A stretch of 64,000 nucleotides of DNA from an uncultured Verrucomicrobiae bacterium (lineage in GTDB: Bacteria; Verrucomicrobiota; Verrucomicrobiia; Chthoniobacterales; JAFAMB01): assembly GCA_963837955.1 (NCBI GenBank), contig CAWIPH010000002.1:576001-640000 (forward strand), written 5' to 3'. Shown here piece by piece: positions 18,635-29,244 of this stretch; position 1 is the first letter of the stretch; every line of letters starts with the position of its first letter. The translations under genes and the position numbers were made by a program. The notes below the pieces were generated by a model. The model ran no database searches, was not told where the DNA came from, and saw only the letters and a program-made list of their open reading frames with translations.

Positions 18635-19131
18635 ACGGTCTCATCGATCCAGGCTGTCGCTTGACGCAATAAACTAGCCGGCGCTGTCGCCAGCCTAGCT
18701 CGCGCGAACTTCAACTGATCGCAAGTCCGAAGAAATTCTTGCAGACGCTCTCTCTGCACCGGCTCGAATAGCTTTTGCTGCGCGGTACTCACCAGAAATT
18801 CTTCGGTCGATTGCCGGCACGCTCGCAATCCGTATTGGCGCTCCAAAAACACGCGAAGAACTTGCGAAAGCCGGAAGGCTGCTTCGTCCGGATCCAGCAT
18901 CGCAATTTCATGATCAAGCCTGGCTAATTCGGAGCGTGCCCAATCCTTCGGGAGAGCTGGCGGTAAAACCGTCTTCCGATTGGGCCAAAAAGCATAAGCG
19001 AGTACGGCCACCACTAGAAGAGCGGTTAGAATTCCGATGATTCCCCAGAGCGAATGCTCAACCAGCGGCGGCTTGATATCTTCAAGCTCCTGCGTGACCT
19101 CGGTTAGACCGAGCATGACAACCTGGATCAT
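18631..19131 (-). CDS. Small membrane protein of the Bat operon (DUF4381-like)
   Basis: 'L.DI.PP', one TM, 'STEEFL', 'D.LKFA'; between DUF58 and BatA. Confidence 0.65.
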   Translation of the reverse strand: MIQVVMLGLTEVTQELEDIKPPLVEHSLWGIIGILTALLVVAVLAYAFWPNRKTVLPPALPKDWARSELARLDHEIAMLDPDEAAFRLSQVLRVFLERQYGLRACRQSTEEFLVSTAQQKLFEPVQRERLQEFLRTCDQLKFARARLATAPASLLRQATAWIDETV

Positions 19132-20018
19132 CCTGAGCTCCTCAAGTGCCGCTGTCGACGGACAAAGAAGTTCCGCAATATAGGGAAATAATCTTGATCC
19201 GTCCTCAGCGGTATCAATCCAACTTTGCTCCGCCGCAGCAATGCATCTCGACTCTTGCGCTGTTCGTCCACCAGCCGGGCGAATTCGCGACGCGTTCGCG
19301 CATTCGAAAAATCGATCTCAGACCTGAGACCGGTCTCAGGATCTTGTACCTCCACAATCCCAGCGGGCGGGAGTTGCCACTCTCCCGGATCCTCGATCGG
19401 GACGGCTATGAGATCGTGCCGGCGAGCACAGATGGAGAGCGGCCGTTCAAAACCGTCTGCTTGGAAATCGGATAATAAAAAGATGACAGCGCGCCGAGTC
19501 GTTACCCGATTAATAAATTCCAGCGGTCGGGCCAGGTCGGTGCCGCGGCCTTCCGGTTCGAAAAAAAGGATCTCGCGAATTAGCCGAAGAGTGTGAGTGC
19601 GCCCTTTTTTCGGGGGTATGTAGAGCTCGGTTCGATCGGTAAAGAGCAGCAGGCCAACATTGTCATTATTTCGAATCGCACAGAACGCCAGGAGCGAAGC
19701 AACTTCAGCGGCCATCTCGCGTTTGCTGTCTGAGACACTGCCGAAACCTCCGGAAGCGCTGATATCGACCAATAACAAGACGGTGAGTTCGCGTTCCTCG
19801 ACATATTTCCGGACGAAGGCTTCTCCCATTCGAGCTGTAACATTCCAATCGATCGTCCGGATTTCGTCCCCGACTTGATAAGGACGGAAATCGTCGAAGT
19901 TCATCCCCCGTCCCCTGAAGACGCTGTGGTATTGGCCCGCGAATGCGGTTTCAACCATCCGGCGAGTGGTCAATTCCAGCCGCCGGATTTTTTTTAGAAT
20001 CTCTTTAGTGGAGCGCAT
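19128..20018 (-). CDS. DUF58 family protein
   Basis: G.YHS.F.GRG..F...R.Y..GDEIR.IDWNVTAR; EERE. Confidence 0.92.
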   Translation of the reverse strand: MRSTKEILKKIRRLELTTRRMVETAFAGQYHSVFRGRGMNFDDFRPYQVGDEIRTIDWNVTARMGEAFVRKYVEERELTVLLLVDISASGGFGSVSDSKREMAAEVASLLAFCAIRNNDNVGLLLFTDRTELYIPPKKGRTHTLRLIREILFFEPEGRGTDLARPLEFINRVTTRRAVIFLLSDFQADGFERPLSICARRHDLIAVPIEDPGEWQLPPAGIVEVQDPETGLRSEIDFSNARTRREFARLVDEQRKSRDALLRRSKVGLIPLRTDQDYFPILRNFFVRRQRHLRSSG

Positions 20019-20051
20019 GCGCGCACTATTTTGAAACGCGGTGTAAGTAGA

Positions 20052-21041
20052 TTACGGCACCGGAAGCCCGGCGAAGATCCGCTCTACGATTGTGTCGCTC
20101 GTCACCTCTTCCGCTTCCGCCTCGTAGCTAACTATGATTCGGTGGCGAAGAACGTCCGGTCCTATCGACTTTACATCGTGAGGGGTGACGTACCCTCGGC
20201 CCTCCATGAACGCGTGGCCGCGCGCTGCCAGCGTCAAATAAATCGTAGCCCTCGGCGAGGCCCCGTAGCGGATCAGGCCATCCATGCCCAATTGGTAGTC
20301 ACCAGGACGGCGCGTAGCCCAAATGAGATCGACGATATAATCCTTGATCCGATCATCTATAAAGATCCGATTCACAACGTCGCGAGACTGAATAATCGTT
20401 TCCGGGCTGGCGACGCCCTGCACCGAAAAGTCCGGTGCGGATGTGCCCATGAGGTCCAAAATCTGCCGTTCTTCATGCTTGGTAGGGTATTCGACGTTCA
20501 ATTTCAGCATGAATCGATCCAACTGGGCTTCCGGTAATGGATACGTGCCTTCTTGCTCGAGTGGATTTTGGGTTGCCAGCACGAGAAAAGGGTCCGGTAG
20601 CTGATATGACTGTTCGCCAATCGTCACCTGTCGCTCCTGCATCGCTTCCAATAACGCACTCTGAACCTTTGCGGGTGCTCGATTAATTTCGTCTGCCAGT
20701 ATCAGATTGGAGAAGATGGGACCTAACTTCGGCCGAAAGTCTCCATCCCGGGGATTGTACATGAGCGTTCCGACGATGTCGGCCGGCAGAAGGTCCGGTG
20801 TGAATTGAAGCCGATGAAATCCGGTCCGAATACATCCAGCCAACGTTCGAACGGTTAAGGTCTTCGCCAGTCCCGGAACACCTTCCAACAAAACGTGTCC
20901 ATTGGTCAGCAGGCCGATCAATAAACGATCAACCAAGTATTTTTGCCCGACTACCACCCGCGAGATTTCGTTCTGGACGGCGCTAACCCAGGTCCCCGCA
21001 GTTTTCACTTCCTCGGTCAACGCTTCTGTAGAAATCGTCAT
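20052..21041 (-). CDS. moxR: MoxR family AAA+ ATPase
   Basis: LLEGVPGLAKT, QFTPDLLP.D, DEINRAPAKVQSALLEAMQE, PLPEAQLDRF. Confidence 0.95.
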   Translation of the reverse strand: MTISTEALTEEVKTAGTWVSAVQNEISRVVVGQKYLVDRLLIGLLTNGHVLLEGVPGLAKTLTVRTLAGCIRTGFHRLQFTPDLLPADIVGTLMYNPRDGDFRPKLGPIFSNLILADEINRAPAKVQSALLEAMQERQVTIGEQSYQLPDPFLVLATQNPLEQEGTYPLPEAQLDRFMLKLNVEYPTKHEERQILDLMGTSAPDFSVQGVASPETIIQSRDVVNRIFIDDRIKDYIVDLIWATRRPGDYQLGMDGLIRYGASPRATIYLTLAARGHAFMEGRGYVTPHDVKSIGPDVLRHRIIVSYEAEAEEVTSDTIVERIFAGLPVP

Positions 21042-21151
21042 AAAGATTTATTTAGAGTGCAACAAAAGGCTTCTCAAAGAAAACGCAAACGCTAGCACCC
21101 AATTGGAATTGGGTTGAAACCGTACCGAAAACCCCGCATTTTGAAATAGTT

Positions 21152-22432
21152 TTGTATCCGACCCCGTGGCAGAGGAAAACCTTGTGGACCGCGATCACTT
21201 GCGTCTCTTTCGTGGTGATCGCTGCGGTGATATTCTTGGCCGTTCTGGTGACGACCCGGCTTGTTCTTTTTTTGCAGCCCCTCCTTTTGCCGTTGGCGAT
21301 CGCTGGAGTGCTCGCTTATCTGCTCGAGCCGCTGGTCAGTTGGCTGGCCCGCCGCGGCTTACCTCGCCTGATCGCGGTGATTATCGTGTTTGCCGTTTTC
21401 GTCTTGGGCGGTAGCCTTCTATTCATCGGTATTGGTCCGTCGATCTCTGCCGAAAGCCAAAAGTTTTTCACGGCTTTGCCCGGCTACTTAGAGAGAAGCT
21501 GGGGTTTGTTCGGGGATTCTCTCGAAAATACGTTGAACAAATTACCACCCCAGTTAGCGCCACACCCTTTGGATGCTAACGCAACTCCTGGTCCTTCCGC
21601 TGGAGTCGTTCCATCGCCAACTCCCAATGGGACCACTGCTCCTGGTAACGCCTTCGAGCGATACCGGGACAACCCGTACGTCCAGCAGTCGTTGCAGTAT
21701 TTGAAAGATCAACTGCCGGCTCTCGCTCAGCAAACCTGGACTTTCATCCAAACCAGCCTGACCGGGGTATTCGGTGTCTTCGGCTACCTCATCGGCCTTT
21801 TTATCGTACCGATTTACCTCTTTTTCTTTCTCAAAGAGAGCCCTCGCATCGCCTCGTCCTGGAGTAATTTTCTCCCGATCCGGAACTCAGACTTCAAAGA
21901 TGAAGTCGTTAGCGTCATTTCTGAGATCAACGGTTATCTGATCGCCTTCTTTCGCGGACAATTGGTCGTCAGCCTGATCGACGGCGCTCTCGTTGCCACC
22001 GGTTTGTCGATCGTCGGTCTCCAGTTTGGGTTCTTGATCGGGATTTTCTTCGCCGGAATTGGGATCATTCCCTACGTCGGGTATGTTGTCTGTTATGTCC
22101 CAGCAGTAATCATTGCCTTCGTTCAGTTCAATGACTTCGCGCATCCATTTTGGGTAAGCGTGGTCTTCCTGATTGTTTCTCAGATTGACGGGATCGTCAT
22201 GGCTCCACGCATCATCGGTAATTCCGTCGGCCTGCACCCGATCACCGTAATTTTTTCGGTTTTTTTCTGGACGCTGGTTTTTGGTGGCTTGCTGGGGGCG
22301 GTGCTCGCAGTCCCGCTCACGGCCACCGTTAAGGTGTTGATGAAACGCTACGTCTGGGACCGGCAGCGGAGCCTGTTTTTCGACAAGCTTGAGCCCAAAG
22401 ACGAAGACAGCGAGATCGAGATCGCGACGTAG
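21152..22432 (+). CDS. AI-2E family transporter
   Basis: Multi-TM; 'IPYVG', 'PRIIG.SVGLHP', 'LAVPLTA'. Confidence 0.9.
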   Translation: MYPTPWQRKTLWTAITCVSFVVIAAVIFLAVLVTTRLVLFLQPLLLPLAIAGVLAYLLEPLVSWLARRGLPRLIAVIIVFAVFVLGGSLLFIGIGPSISAESQKFFTALPGYLERSWGLFGDSLENTLNKLPPQLAPHPLDANATPGPSAGVVPSPTPNGTTAPGNAFERYRDNPYVQQSLQYLKDQLPALAQQTWTFIQTSLTGVFGVFGYLIGLFIVPIYLFFFLKESPRIASSWSNFLPIRNSDFKDEVVSVISEINGYLIAFFRGQLVVSLIDGALVATGLSIVGLQFGFLIGIFFAGIGIIPYVGYVVCYVPAVIIAFVQFNDFAHPFWVSVVFLIVSQIDGIVMAPRIIGNSVGLHPITVIFSVFFWTLVFGGLLGAVLAVPLTATVKVLMKRYVWDRQRSLFFDKLEPKDEDSEIEIAT

Positions 22433-22440
22433 GGGAGAGG

Positions 22441-22712
22441 GGTCCGGAATCTGGAATCTGAATTAGATTCAGAGAGTCAGGAGTCACCACAGATTATCGA
22501 ATACCGACGACTGGGTATTGTGACTCGGCACAACCGATTGTTCCGCGCGAGCGCCTTCCGAACAGTCAGACAGTAAGCATAACAGACGGTGGCGCTATCA
22601 TGTCTGTTTGCAGACGTAGCCCTTCGTTCACGTTTCGCTGATGCCGAATTCTGGATTCCCGATTCTAAATTCTAAATTCTAAATTCCAAATTCTATATTC
22701 CAGATTCAGAAC
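22441..22712. repeat. Facing arrays of degenerate 7-bp tandem repeats between convergent genes
   Basis: GGAATCT-like units at about 22446-22486, and complementary ATTCTAA/ATTCCAA/ATTCCAG units at about 22647-22710. Confidence 0.7.
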
Positions 22713-22715
22713 CAG

Positions 22716-24068
22716 CTACATATGCGCGATGATATTGTCGCCGAATTCGGAGCACTTAATCTCAGTGGCCCCATCCATCAAACGGGCGAAATCGTAAGTG
22801 ACGCGTTTGCTGGCTATTGCTCCGTTTAGGCCTTTCAGAATTAAATCCGCTGCTTCCGCCCAGCCCAGATGACGTAGCATCATCTCACCGGAGAGCACAA
22901 CCGAGCCCGGGTTTACCCGATCGAGATTTGCATACTTCGGGGCAGTGCCGTGGGTCGCCTCGAATATCGCGTGTCCGGTATGATAATTGATGTTACCGCC
23001 CGGAGCGATACCGATTCCCCCTACCTGAGCTGCCAATGCGTCAGATAAATAGTCACCGTTGAGGTTCAGGGTGGCGATAACATCAAAATCGTCTGGCCGA
23101 GTCAGGACCTGCTGCAACGTGATGTCCGCGATTGCATCTTTGACGATGATTTTACCTTCCGCCTGAGCGGCTTTCATCTCTTCGTTGGCCGCTTTTTCGC
23201 CGTTGGCTGCCTTCGTCTTTTCCCAGCGAGCCCAGGAATAGGTTTGATCTTTAAATAGAGTGTCCGCCAACTCGTATCCCCAATCGCGGAACGCTCCCTC
23301 GGTAAACTTCATGATGTTCCCTTTGTGAACTAACGTGACCGACTTCCGTTTCTGTTCGATCGCGTAACGGAGCGCGGCAGCAACCAATCGCCTCGTTCCC
23401 AGCCGGCTTACCGGCTTAATCCCAACGCCAACTTCCACATCAGTCTGACCCAGCGCCGGCTCGAAACTGAGAAATCCCTTGATCGCGCTCTCGGTTCCAA
23501 ACCGAACTTTTGCGAACTCTTTTGGGAATTCTTTTTCCAGAAATGCGAGAAATTTCTGTGCTTCCGGTGATCCGGCTCGAAATTCTATACCGGCGTAAAT
23601 GTCTTCCGTGTTTTCGCGGAAAATCACCATGTTTACCCGCTCAGGATGGCGGACCGGAGAAGGTACACCCTGAAACCACTGCACCGGCCGCAAGCACACA
23701 TAAAGATCAAGAAGCTGTCGTAGCGCGACATTCAGCGATCGGATTCCACCGCCGACTGGGGTGGTTAGCGGACCTTTGATTCCTACTAAAAATTCTTTGA
23801 ATGCGTTAACGGTGTCGTCGGGCAACCAACTGTCGAATTTCTGTTTTGCGGTTTCTCCGGCAAACACCTCGAACCAGGATATGCGTTTTTGGCCTCCATA
23901 GGCCTTCTCGACTGCCGCGTTAAAGACTCGTTCGCTGGCGGCCCAGATGTCGCTGCCGGTCCCATCACCGCGAATAAAAGGAATGACTGGGTTATCCGGA
24001 CAGCGGATCTTGCCGTTCTCAATGGTGACTTTGCCGCCAATAGGGGGTTGCACAGTTTGATATGACAT
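22716..24068 (-). CDS. icd: NADP-dependent isocitrate dehydrogenase
   Basis: [62 protein letters not shown]. Confidence 0.97.
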   Translation of the reverse strand: MSYQTVQPPIGGKVTIENGKIRCPDNPVIPFIRGDGTGSDIWAASERVFNAAVEKAYGGQKRISWFEVFAGETAKQKFDSWLPDDTVNAFKEFLVGIKGPLTTPVGGGIRSLNVALRQLLDLYVCLRPVQWFQGVPSPVRHPERVNMVIFRENTEDIYAGIEFRAGSPEAQKFLAFLEKEFPKEFAKVRFGTESAIKGFLSFEPALGQTDVEVGVGIKPVSRLGTRRLVAAALRYAIEQKRKSVTLVHKGNIMKFTEGAFRDWGYELADTLFKDQTYSWARWEKTKAANGEKAANEEMKAAQAEGKIIVKDAIADITLQQVLTRPDDFDVIATLNLNGDYLSDALAAQVGGIGIAPGGNINYHTGHAIFEATHGTAPKYANLDRVNPGSVVLSGEMMLRHLGWAEAADLILKGLNGAIASKRVTYDFARLMDGATEIKCSEFGDNIIAHM

Positions 24069-24288
24069 AAAGACTTGGATAACAGGGTCCTCGCGACCCG
24101 TCGGAATTCTTCCGTCACCTAAAAAATTAGGCAACGCAAATGGAAACCACCCAGCGTGCTGACCGAGCTACCGTTTGCATTGCAGTTCTAGACTGCACCC
24201 CATCGGTTGGGGCCTATATTTGCAAATGTCACCCCCTGTGCTTTAATGCCCAGGCAATAAGTTAACCTCGTTAAATTTTTATCAGGCT

Positions 24289-24765
24289 ATGATTATTACT
24301 GAGCCGCGGGCGGAGACCGAAGTTCACGCGCAAGCCGAGGAGTTGGCTCAGATCTTGATGAACCTCCAGCGCTGCTTTCTCGCCAATCTTTCCGCGGAAT
24401 TGAGCCGGGGAAGCGTGTCCTTCCCCCAGTACTTCCTCTTAACCTATTTGGAACACAGGGAGGTGATTAGCATGTCCGAGATCGCCGCGAAAATGGGGCA
24501 TACCACTGCTGCAGCGACTGGCTTAGTTGATCGACTGGAGCGACTGGGGTATGTGCAGCGCGCCCATGCACTGGACGATCGGCGGAAAGTAATGGTACGG
24601 ATCACCCGGAAAGGGTCGAATCTGGTAACCCGAATCCGACAAGACATGGTGGACACGATCACGCTTCTGTTGAAAGAACATCTTACAGCGGAACAAGGAA
24701 GGACCTGGTTGGAGGTCTATCGGAAAATCACGCAATTTTGCGATATAACAGTAAACAAAGAATGA
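24289..24765 (+). CDS. MarR family transcriptional regulator
   Basis: wHTH with 'T..VDRLE..GYV.R....DDRR'. Confidence 0.92.
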   Translation: MIITEPRAETEVHAQAEELAQILMNLQRCFLANLSAELSRGSVSFPQYFLLTYLEHREVISMSEIAAKMGHTTAAATGLVDRLERLGYVQRAHALDDRRKVMVRITRKGSNLVTRIRQDMVDTITLLLKEHLTAEQGRTWLEVYRKITQFCDITVNKE

Positions 24766-26378
24766 GATTCTCTTTATTCGCCTTAACCACATTGGCCGGA
24801 TTCACTGCCTCGCTCTTAGCCGGCGAGTCAAACGTAAGCTCTCACAGTCAAGTTTTGACGCTCGATCAGGCGGTCCAGATAGCGATCAAACAAAACCCGA
24901 ATATTCTACGGCAGATTCAGGAATTAAAACGGAACAAGGGATTAGTCTACGAAGCGCAGGCGAGATTGTTGCCGCAGGTGACCGGCAGCGCTAGCTACAC
25001 GCAGGACGATCCGGGACTGGTGTCGAATACGAAAGGAGGGGGAAATGCAAACTTAGATTTGCTTGCTCTGCCAGCGGGTCAAAATCTGGTGATCGGCCCC
25101 CGTGGAACAACGAATCTTGTCTCTTTTCCCCTCAGCTCACTCCTTTCCAACCAACGAACATCCACCGAGAGCTGGACGGTGCAAATCCAAGTAACCCAAT
25201 TGATTTACGACGGCGGAGCCACCATCGCTTCGCGCAGAGCAGCCCGGATCAATGAGGACGCGGCATATTACACTTTGCGAGATACCATCGATTCGACAGT
25301 GGAAACGGTGCGAACGCAGTTCTATCAGATCCTTCTCGATAAGGCGCTGATCCAGGTCCAGGAAGAGTCAGTCAACCTGCTCCAGAGTCAATTGGAAGAT
25401 CAGAAAAGCCGGTTTGAAGCGGGGACTGTCCCTCAGTTCAACGTACTGCAAGCCCAGTCACAGCTTCAGAATCAGATCCCGCAGCTGATCACCGCTCAGA
25501 ACAACTATCGAATAGCCCAGGTGCAGCTTGCTAAAACGCTAGGTATCCCGGCAGGCCGCCAATATGCCACCGATGAGCCATTGCCGATTACCGGCCGGCT
25601 CACCTACACGCCGATCAAATACGATTTGTCCAGCGCATTGGTCACGGCGCGAGCAAATCGTCCATTTCTCAAGGCCCAAAGATCAAACGTGCTTGCCAGT
25701 GTCGAGCAGGTCACCGTTGCCGCCTCGGGTTTCAAACCAACGATTTCAGCTAATGCCGGCCTGAGGCAGACGAATAATCCTCGAAGTAGCCAATTGGATA
25801 ATACCCTGGAAGGATGGTTTTTCGGATTTACCGGGTCCTGGAATATCTTTGACGGCGGTTCCACTTACGGAAACCTGAAAGCCACTCGCGCCAGTTTGGA
25901 AGAAACCAAAGTGACCTTGGATGACTCGACCCGGCAAGTTGAGCTCGATGTCGCAACCGCCGTCGATAATCTTCGCCAGGCGCAAGAGACTATCGCAGCA
26001 TCGGAAACGGCAGTTCAAGTCTCGCAAGAAGCCCTCCGCTTGGCCAATGAACGTTTAGCGGCCGGAACCGGCACACAGTTGGATGTTCTCACCCAGCAGA
26101 CCCAATTGACCACCGCCCGTTCCAATCTCGTCCAGGCCCAGTTCAACTATATTGCTGCGGTGGCCCAGTACCAGTTCGCTACCGGCACTGAGACCAAATA
26201 CAATGATATGTTTGACAGCCCGGATACGCGGCCTTTGACCTTAACCAACACGGAAGCGAATAAAGCGCTCCGTTCTCGGTATGACTCTCCGTTGGATCCC
26301 TGCAAACCTGCGACCACTAAGGCAAAGAAAATATCTCTGACCCCGCCGGCGGGCAAAGTTGTGTTCTCTAACGATTGA
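24762..26378 (+). CDS. TolC family outer-membrane efflux protein
   Basis: Signal peptide, 'LTLDQAV.IA...NP', duplicated OEP repeats, 'RF.AG' / 'RL.AGTGT.LDVL'. Confidence 0.9.
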   Translation: MRFSLFALTTLAGFTASLLAGESNVSSHSQVLTLDQAVQIAIKQNPNILRQIQELKRNKGLVYEAQARLLPQVTGSASYTQDDPGLVSNTKGGGNANLDLLALPAGQNLVIGPRGTTNLVSFPLSSLLSNQRTSTESWTVQIQVTQLIYDGGATIASRRAARINEDAAYYTLRDTIDSTVETVRTQFYQILLDKALIQVQEESVNLLQSQLEDQKSRFEAGTVPQFNVLQAQSQLQNQIPQLITAQNNYRIAQVQLAKTLGIPAGRQYATDEPLPITGRLTYTPIKYDLSSALVTARANRPFLKAQRSNVLASVEQVTVAASGFKPTISANAGLRQTNNPRSSQLDNTLEGWFFGFTGSWNIFDGGSTYGNLKATRASLEETKVTLDDSTRQVELDVATAVDNLRQAQETIAASETAVQVSQEALRLANERLAAGTGTQLDVLTQQTQLTTARSNLVQAQFNYIAAVAQYQFATGTETKYNDMFDSPDTRPLTLTNTEANKALRSRYDSPLDPCKPATTKAKKISLTPPAGKVVFSND

Positions 26379-26390
26379 GGACGGTTCGCA

Positions 26391-27059
26391 ATGCCGTTGC
26401 CGGACACGATCCCGATCCAATTCTTTCCGGCGCTATCCAATACCGGGATCGTTGAACACGGATTTATTCTTCGGATACCCGGTTTGGATGTACAGACCGA
26501 CCGGGAATCGGCGTTGCAAAGGCTGGAGAAATACCATCATGAACAGCTGGCAAAGATTGGAACCCGGCCGCTCAAGTTAGCCGAACAGATTCACGGTAGT
26601 GGCGTTGCGTCGATCGACGCCGAGTCACCGCCGAAAAGCAAGGCAGTGGATGGCTTGATCACCGCGGATCCCGACGTCATCCTTGGGATTTACGTCGCGG
26701 ATTGCTGCGCGATCTTTCTGGTGGACCCGATTCGCCGAGTGATTGGGGTTCTGCACTCCGGCAAGAAAGGCACAGAACAAAACATCGTTGGCGCTGCGAT
26801 TCAGAAATTGCAGACAGACTTTCGCTCCAAACCGGGGGATCTGATCGCCGTGCTGAGTCCCTGTATTCGCCCGCCTCATTACGAAATCGATTTCGCCTCA
26901 AGAATCGTGGCTCAACTGCGAGCCGAAGATGTACGTAAGATTTATGATGATGGGGAGAATACCGGGTCCGATCTCGATCGTTTCTACTCTTATCGGATGG
27001 AAAAAGGTCGTACCGGGCGGATGCTGGCGTTTCTCGCTTTGCGGAGCAGATCAAACTAG
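26391..27059 (+). CDS. YfiH/PgeF (laccase-domain, polyphenol oxidase) family protein
   Basis: EQIHG, DGLIT, ADCC, LHSG, FYSYR...GRM. Confidence 0.88.
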   Translation: MPLPDTIPIQFFPALSNTGIVEHGFILRIPGLDVQTDRESALQRLEKYHHEQLAKIGTRPLKLAEQIHGSGVASIDAESPPKSKAVDGLITADPDVILGIYVADCCAIFLVDPIRRVIGVLHSGKKGTEQNIVGAAIQKLQTDFRSKPGDLIAVLSPCIRPPHYEIDFASRIVAQLRAEDVRKIYDDGENTGSDLDRFYSYRMEKGRTGRMLAFLALRSRSN

Positions 27060-29015
27060 AAAGATTTTTCGGAGCCTCCATCGATAGCGATTTGTGCGCC
27101 TGTCGTCTTCAAGAATGCCGAACTACAGAGAGTTGCCACCAGTTCGGCTACATCCGGGCTATTGATCTCGGTCCGCAGAAAATTGTCCCGTCGATAATCA
27201 TCGACTGTCATCCCTCGGCTTCTAGCACGCTGCGAAAGAACTTCTGGTGTCCAGATCCCGGTATCAAAAACGCCGTTAGGATGCACGATCTGAATTCGGA
27301 TTCGGGATGGCCCCCACTCTGCAGCGGCGGAACGCACTAGTTCAGTCAGAGCGGCTTTCGCGGCGGCATAAGCAGCTGATCCTCGCCCTGGCGGCGCAAT
27401 ATTTTGCGGCGAAATCACCACAACCCGGCCGCCTCGCGGCGATTCATGGAGAAAAGGGTAACAGCTTCGCAGCAGGTAAAAGTTTGCGTCCAGATTCACT
27501 CGCATTGCGTGCTGCCAAGCGGTCGGTTCCAGGTCAATGATCTTCCTGGTTGAAGGAAGAAATCCTGTGTTCAGAATCAAGATGTCAATTCCGCCGAATC
27601 GCTCCACCGTCTGATTGAGCGCATGACTTACATCTTTTTCGTTCGTTACATCGGACGGAGAGACCAAGAAAGGCCGGGACATCTGATAAAACCGAAATAG
27701 CCGGATTCAGATCCAGCCCAACTACCGCTGCTCCTCTGGCCAGGAACGTTTTCGCGGTTGCTCGACCAATTCCGGAGGCTGCTCCGGTGATTAGCGCAAC
27801 TTCTCCACTAAATTCAGATCTCCGCTGCGTTGCTTCCTCCGCAGCTCGACTCAACTGAGGAGGGACGAGGTCGAACCCCGGGATGGGCTGCCAACCGCCC
27901 AACTGTTCGGCTTGCAGGATGATTTTAATTGTATGCCGAAATAATTCGGCCAGAAGATCGGCTTCTGCGGGTTTATCTCCAGCCGCCAGGAGCCCAAGTA
28001 TCGGGTCGAGAATGATTTGCGGTGCGAGATCACGCACCTTCATCGGGTTGTCAGTGTATCTGCTAAAGTATTCCTGATACCACCTTGCGAATGCTGGCAC
28101 ATCGCTTCCAATCAACGGCGGTCGCTTAAGATATCGAACAAGCTCGGGCGAGACTGGACCACGATTGACCAACATGGTTGCGTCGGGGCGAGTCAAAAGC
28201 TCCGGCAGAAGCTCGCTCGGGTGAGAAGCCAGAATCATTGATCTGCCAGCCGCCTCCGAAATCTGGCGCCTAAGTTTCGCTACTTCAGTGCGCTGGAACG
28301 AGCCACCAAAATTCGCCGTCCTGGTAACGCGAACTGGAGTTAGCGATTTTTGAATCCGATCCTCCGCGGCATTCACCAAGCGTAGCATGCGTTGGTAAGA
28401 CTCCTCCGCAGTTCGGCCAAACGTGCAGACACCTCGTTTTGCCAGAACCAGGCCGATTAAGTTGTCGATGGTCCGATCTTCCAGCGCTTCGGCGACTGCT
28501 TTCGCTAAGGCGAAGTCAGATTCCAAATAAGGAATCAGAAGAACGGTCTCAGCGAAAATCGACTGGATCAGCTCAAGCGCGCGTGGCGTGTTGGTCAGGC
28601 TGAGAATCGCATCCGCCCCGGTCTGATCTATATATTTGGCCGGGATGGCGGCATGGAGTAACGCATCGGTCGTCGGCATTCCCGCATCTGGGTTGTCCGA
28701 GGCTAAACGAAGCTGGCGTTCGAGTTCAGGCGCTGAGAGCACGGGAAGTTTCAGCAAACGAAGTAACTGATCGCGACGCAACGGAATGAACTGGGCGAGT
28801 TCGATGTTTGCCAGCTTACTCCGGGCTGCTTGAACGTACATGAACTCGGCGGCTTCGCCGAAAAGGGTCTTCTCCGTGATTTTGACTGAGACCGCTCCTC
28901 CCTCCAGGCAACCAAGATCAGGTTCCGCACCCAACAACCGCGCAGAATAAATTCGACGTTCGAGCTCGCTCGCGTTCCACCGTTCGCTCTCGACGGGATT
29001 CCAAAGACTTTGCAT
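27056..29015 (-). pseudogene. Bifunctional class II aldolase-like / short-chain dehydrogenase (RhaD-type fusion), frameshifted near 27653
   Basis: ORF 27585-29015 has the aldolase fold and TGAASGIG; ORF 27056-27682 continues DVT..FGGIDIL..N.G and YAAAK. One extra base joins them. May be an assembly error in an intact gene. Confidence 0.75.
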
Positions 29016-29244
29016 ACAACCCTTATTCGCTCAAAGCGGTCGCGGTCCGCCTCCCAATAATCGACGAGCACTTGCACCACCTTTGCCGCGCGCCCCAGAA
29101 TAGATCCGGCTTAATCCTCGCCCCAAAGCGTCAACCAATATTGCCTGTCCCAAAAATGCACCCTCCTAATCCTAGAGTATTTGATTTTCGTTTCTGTTGA
29201 AAGAGGGCAGTTTTGCCTTTGGTTGCGGATTTTTTTGCTGCGCA

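Noticed and set aside
22647..22710. CRISPR array
   Set aside because: The units are contiguous 7-mers without spacers; no cas genes.
27640..27670. Programmed ribosomal frameshifting in the three split genes
   Set aside because: No slippery heptamer or other recoding signal seen, and these families are not known to be recoded.
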